DNA of 64,000 nucleotides from Alphaproteobacteria bacterium (GTDB lineage Bacteria; Pseudomonadota; Alphaproteobacteria; UBA828), in NCBI GenBank assembly GCA_965214705.1, contig OZ243972.1, positions 1,568,001 to 1,632,000 on the forward strand. The letters run 5' to 3'. The notes beneath the pieces were generated by a model. That model worked only from the letters and a program-made list of their open reading frames with translations, searched no databases and was not told where the DNA came from. Each line of letters opens with the position of its first letter. Positions within the stretch are counted from its first letter, which is position 1. Of this stretch, positions 61,867 to 64,000 are shown in pieces. The position numbers were made by a program, and so were the translations under genes.

Positions 61867-62211
61867 TCAGCCAAAGTCGACGAAGCGCCGCGCCCGTCTT
61901 GCATGCAGTGCCGGCCGCCGCCCGGCCGACCGTGCGCGCACCGCCCTGAGCGCCGCACGCAGCCGGTAGCCCCGGGCCTCCGCCACCCTGAGCGCCCCCA
62001 GGGCCAGTACCACGGCGGCCGTGGTCCACCACGTGGGCACAAACAGCCAGAACACCAGCAGTATCAGCAGCCGCGCATCGAACAGGTAGAAGCGCACCGG
62101 CCGCATGCTGTCCCGCCACAGGGGAACACCCTGGTGCAGGGGAACGCCCTGGTGCAGGGGAACGCCCTGGCGCAACGGGCCTTCCTGGCAGGGTGTTTCT
62201 TGCGCCCTCAT
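61867..62211 (-). CDS. icmT: IcmT/TraK-family protein
   Basis: WRDS.RP.RF...DAR, TM, G......LR..R. Confidence 0.85.
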   Translation of the reverse strand: MRAQETPCQEGPLRQGVPLHQGVPLHQGVPLWRDSMRPVRFYLFDARLLILLVFWLFVPTWWTTAAVVLALGALRVAEARGYRLRAALRAVRARSAGRRPALHARRARRFVDFG

Positions 62212-62474
62212 GATCGGTTCCTGTCCTCACCGCCGGTTCTCCGTCGTCGTGCCGGGATCGATTGCACCGCCGGTCTGCGGCGGCGTGGCCGCCGCAGCGG
62301 CTTCACCCGGCGCCGGTCCGCCTCCTCGATTCGACCTTCGCGGAAGGCGCGCTCCGCCGCCGTCGCCAGATCGTTCCCGCTTCGCTGCAGCGCCTGTGTC
62401 ATCAGCCCCGGCCAGCGTTCCTGCGGCTCCTCCATGAGCGCCTCCTTGAGCGCGCCGTCGAAGACGAGCCACTC
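62208..62474 (-). pseudogene. C-terminal remnant of DotB/TraJ-like ATPase, cut by IS1634
   Basis: EWLVFD..LK..L...P...WP...A...F..GRI; ATGA overlap with icmT; sequence switches to IS at 62475. Confidence 0.6.
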
Positions 62475-64000
62475 CCCAAGTTGGCACTTTTTCCGGTTGC
62501 TCAATGCCGGTCTGCCCATATTTTGCGGACCGAAGTACCACATATTGGGGTAGCTCCGAGATGATGCCACTATATGTGTAATTGAGGCGCTGGAAGCGCG
62601 TTGTAGTGCCAGGATTTGTTAGGTATTGACGATTTTCCCTTGACCCCAGACCCCAAGCCGACAAATCTTGGCCCCTCGCAACAATCTCGCGACGGGCGAC
62701 ATGTTCATCAGGGCAACCAAGACCCACACCACCGACGGCAAGCCCGTCCGAAGCCATCGCCTCGTGCTCTCCCAGCGCATCGGCGACAAGGTCAGGCAGC
62801 GCACGCTCCTCAACCTCGGCACCGACTATCCGGTGCCGAAGGAGAAATGGCGCGAAGTGGCCGAACTCGCCGAGGCGCTGCTGCACGGCCGCCCGCCGCT
62901 GCTCCAAGCCGTCCCGGACGTGCAGGCCGCAGCCGAGGACATCGTCGCCAAGCTCAGGGCCAGGGGGTTCCGTGCCGAGGCGATGCAGGAAGAGGCGCGC
63001 AAGCCCGAGATCGCCACCGTCGACCTCGATACCCTGGAGCATGAGAACCCGCGCACCGTCGGCTGCGAGCGCCTGTGCCTCAAGGCCCTCGACGACCTTG
63101 GCTTCGCCGAAATCCTCCACGGCCTCGACATCAAGGGCCGCGACGGACGCATCGCCAGCGCGCTGATCGTCGCCAGGATGGTCCATCCCGCCAGCGAGCG
63201 TGATACCAGCCGCTGGCTCCGCCACGACAGCGCGGCCGCCGAGCTCCTGGGCCTGGAGGGCGACCGCAAGGCGCTGCGGCGCAAGACGCTCTACCGCATC
63301 GGCGACCTGCTCTGGCGCCACCGGGCCGCCATCCAGAGGGAACTGTTCAACCGTGAGCGCGCGCTGCTCGACCTGCCCGAGACGATCGCCTTCTACGATC
63401 TCACCAACGTCCACTACCACGGCCACACCGACGGCGAGCTTCCCAGGTTCGGGCGCTCCAAGCAGAAGCGCGACGACTGTCCCCTCATCACGCTGGCGCT
63501 CGACGGTGCGGGCTTCCCGCGCAGTTGCGAGATCCTGCCCGGCAACGTGAGCGAGCCGGGCACGCTGCACGAGGCGCTGGCCCGGCTCGAGGCGGTATGC
63601 GGCGGCACGGCGGCGAAGCCCACGGTGGTCATGGACGCGGGCATCGCCACCGAGGAGAACATCGTCTGGCTGGGCGAGCAGGGCTACGACTGGATCGCGG
63701 TCAGCCGCGGTGCCAGGCCTGCGCCGCCCGAGGGCGGACCCGAGGCCCTGCTGATCACCAGCGCGCGCCACGAGGTGCGGGCCTGGCGGCTTGCCAGCGA
63801 GGACGGCGAGGCGCGGCTCTACGTCGTCAGCGAGGGCAAGAAGAAGGCCGAGAACGCGATCATCGGCCTGAGGCGGAACCGCTTCGAGGCGGCGCTGCAA
63901 AGGCTCCACGGCGGCCTTGCGGTCAAGGGCCGCCTCAAGCGCTACGACAAGGTGCTGGAGAGCATAGGCCGCCTCAAGCAGCGCTTCTCCGCCGTCGCCA
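62475..64000 (+). mobile_element. IS1634-family element (extends beyond window)
   Basis: Starts cccaagttggcac at the dotB break; AT-rich leader, then transposase. Confidence 0.8.
62701..64000 (+). CDS. IS1634-family transposase (partial)
   Basis: MFIR..., RQRTLLNLG, P.SER.T..W, YDLTN, FGRSK.KR.DCP, PGN.SE, VMDAG; frame runs off the window. Confidence 0.88.
   Translation, partial: MFIRATKTHTTDGKPVRSHRLVLSQRIGDKVRQRTLLNLGTDYPVPKEKWREVAELAEALLHGRPPLLQAVPDVQAAAEDIVAKLRARGFRAEAMQEEARKPEIATVDLDTLEHENPRTVGCERLCLKALDDLGFAEILHGLDIKGRDGRIASALIVARMVHPASERDTSRWLRHDSAAAELLGLEGDRKALRRKTLYRIGDLLWRHRAAIQRELFNRERALLDLPETIAFYDLTNVHYHGHTDGELPRFGRSKQKRDDCPLITLALDGAGFPRSCEILPGNVSEPGTLHEALARLEAVCGGTAAKPTVVMDAGIATEENIVWLGEQGYDWIAVSRGARPAPPEGGPEALLITSARHEVRAWRLASEDGEARLYVVSEGKKKAENAIIGLRRNRFEAALQRLHGGLAVKGRLKRYDKVLESIGRLKQRFSAVA

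Noticed and set aside
49012-62474. Legionella-type effector secretion system
   Set aside because: Linked to relaxase, T4CP and SSB; no effectors or IcmS/W-type adaptors seen, so conjugation is the simpler reading
1-64000. tRNA, rRNA or att site of the whole element
   Set aside because: None recognised by eye; element boundaries appear to lie outside the window, so ICE versus plasmid is unresolved

Overview
GC-rich window, probably from an alphaproteobacterium (inferred from gene families), covering much of a large conjugative element (ICE or plasmid) that is heavily invaded by other mobile elements. 1-5 kb: nested IS1380-like element, MITEs and IS5, plus a tandem pair of tyrosine integrases that abuts a 5'-truncated ParB-family gene. 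5-35 kb (+ strand): a leading-region-like block with ParB-like, GHKL ATPase, RadC, strawberry-notch methylase/helicase, AbrB-PIN toxin-antitoxin pair, SLOG pseudogene, macrodomain-AlkB fusion, SSB, toprim primase and DUF2493. The primase is split by an ~11 kb stack made of a RIT recombinase trio flanked by ~954-bp inverted repeats that each carry a primase homologue, an IS91-like element and an IS66. 35-40 kb: AT-rich candidate oriT, an RHH protein and cargo (aapJ-like, truncated sthA). 40-62.5 kb (- strand): a MOBF relaxase and TraD/TrwB-type coupling protein downstream of a Dot/Icm (IncI/MPF-I-type) mating-pair operon, which is cut at dotB by an IS1634. Best leads: an FtsZ-like C-terminal peptide (DIPAFLRR) on the ParB-like protein, the primase-carrying RIT element, the MOBF + Dot/Icm hybrid, and the SLOG/macro-AlkB/SSB cassette. 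All family calls are from motif recognition, not database searches.
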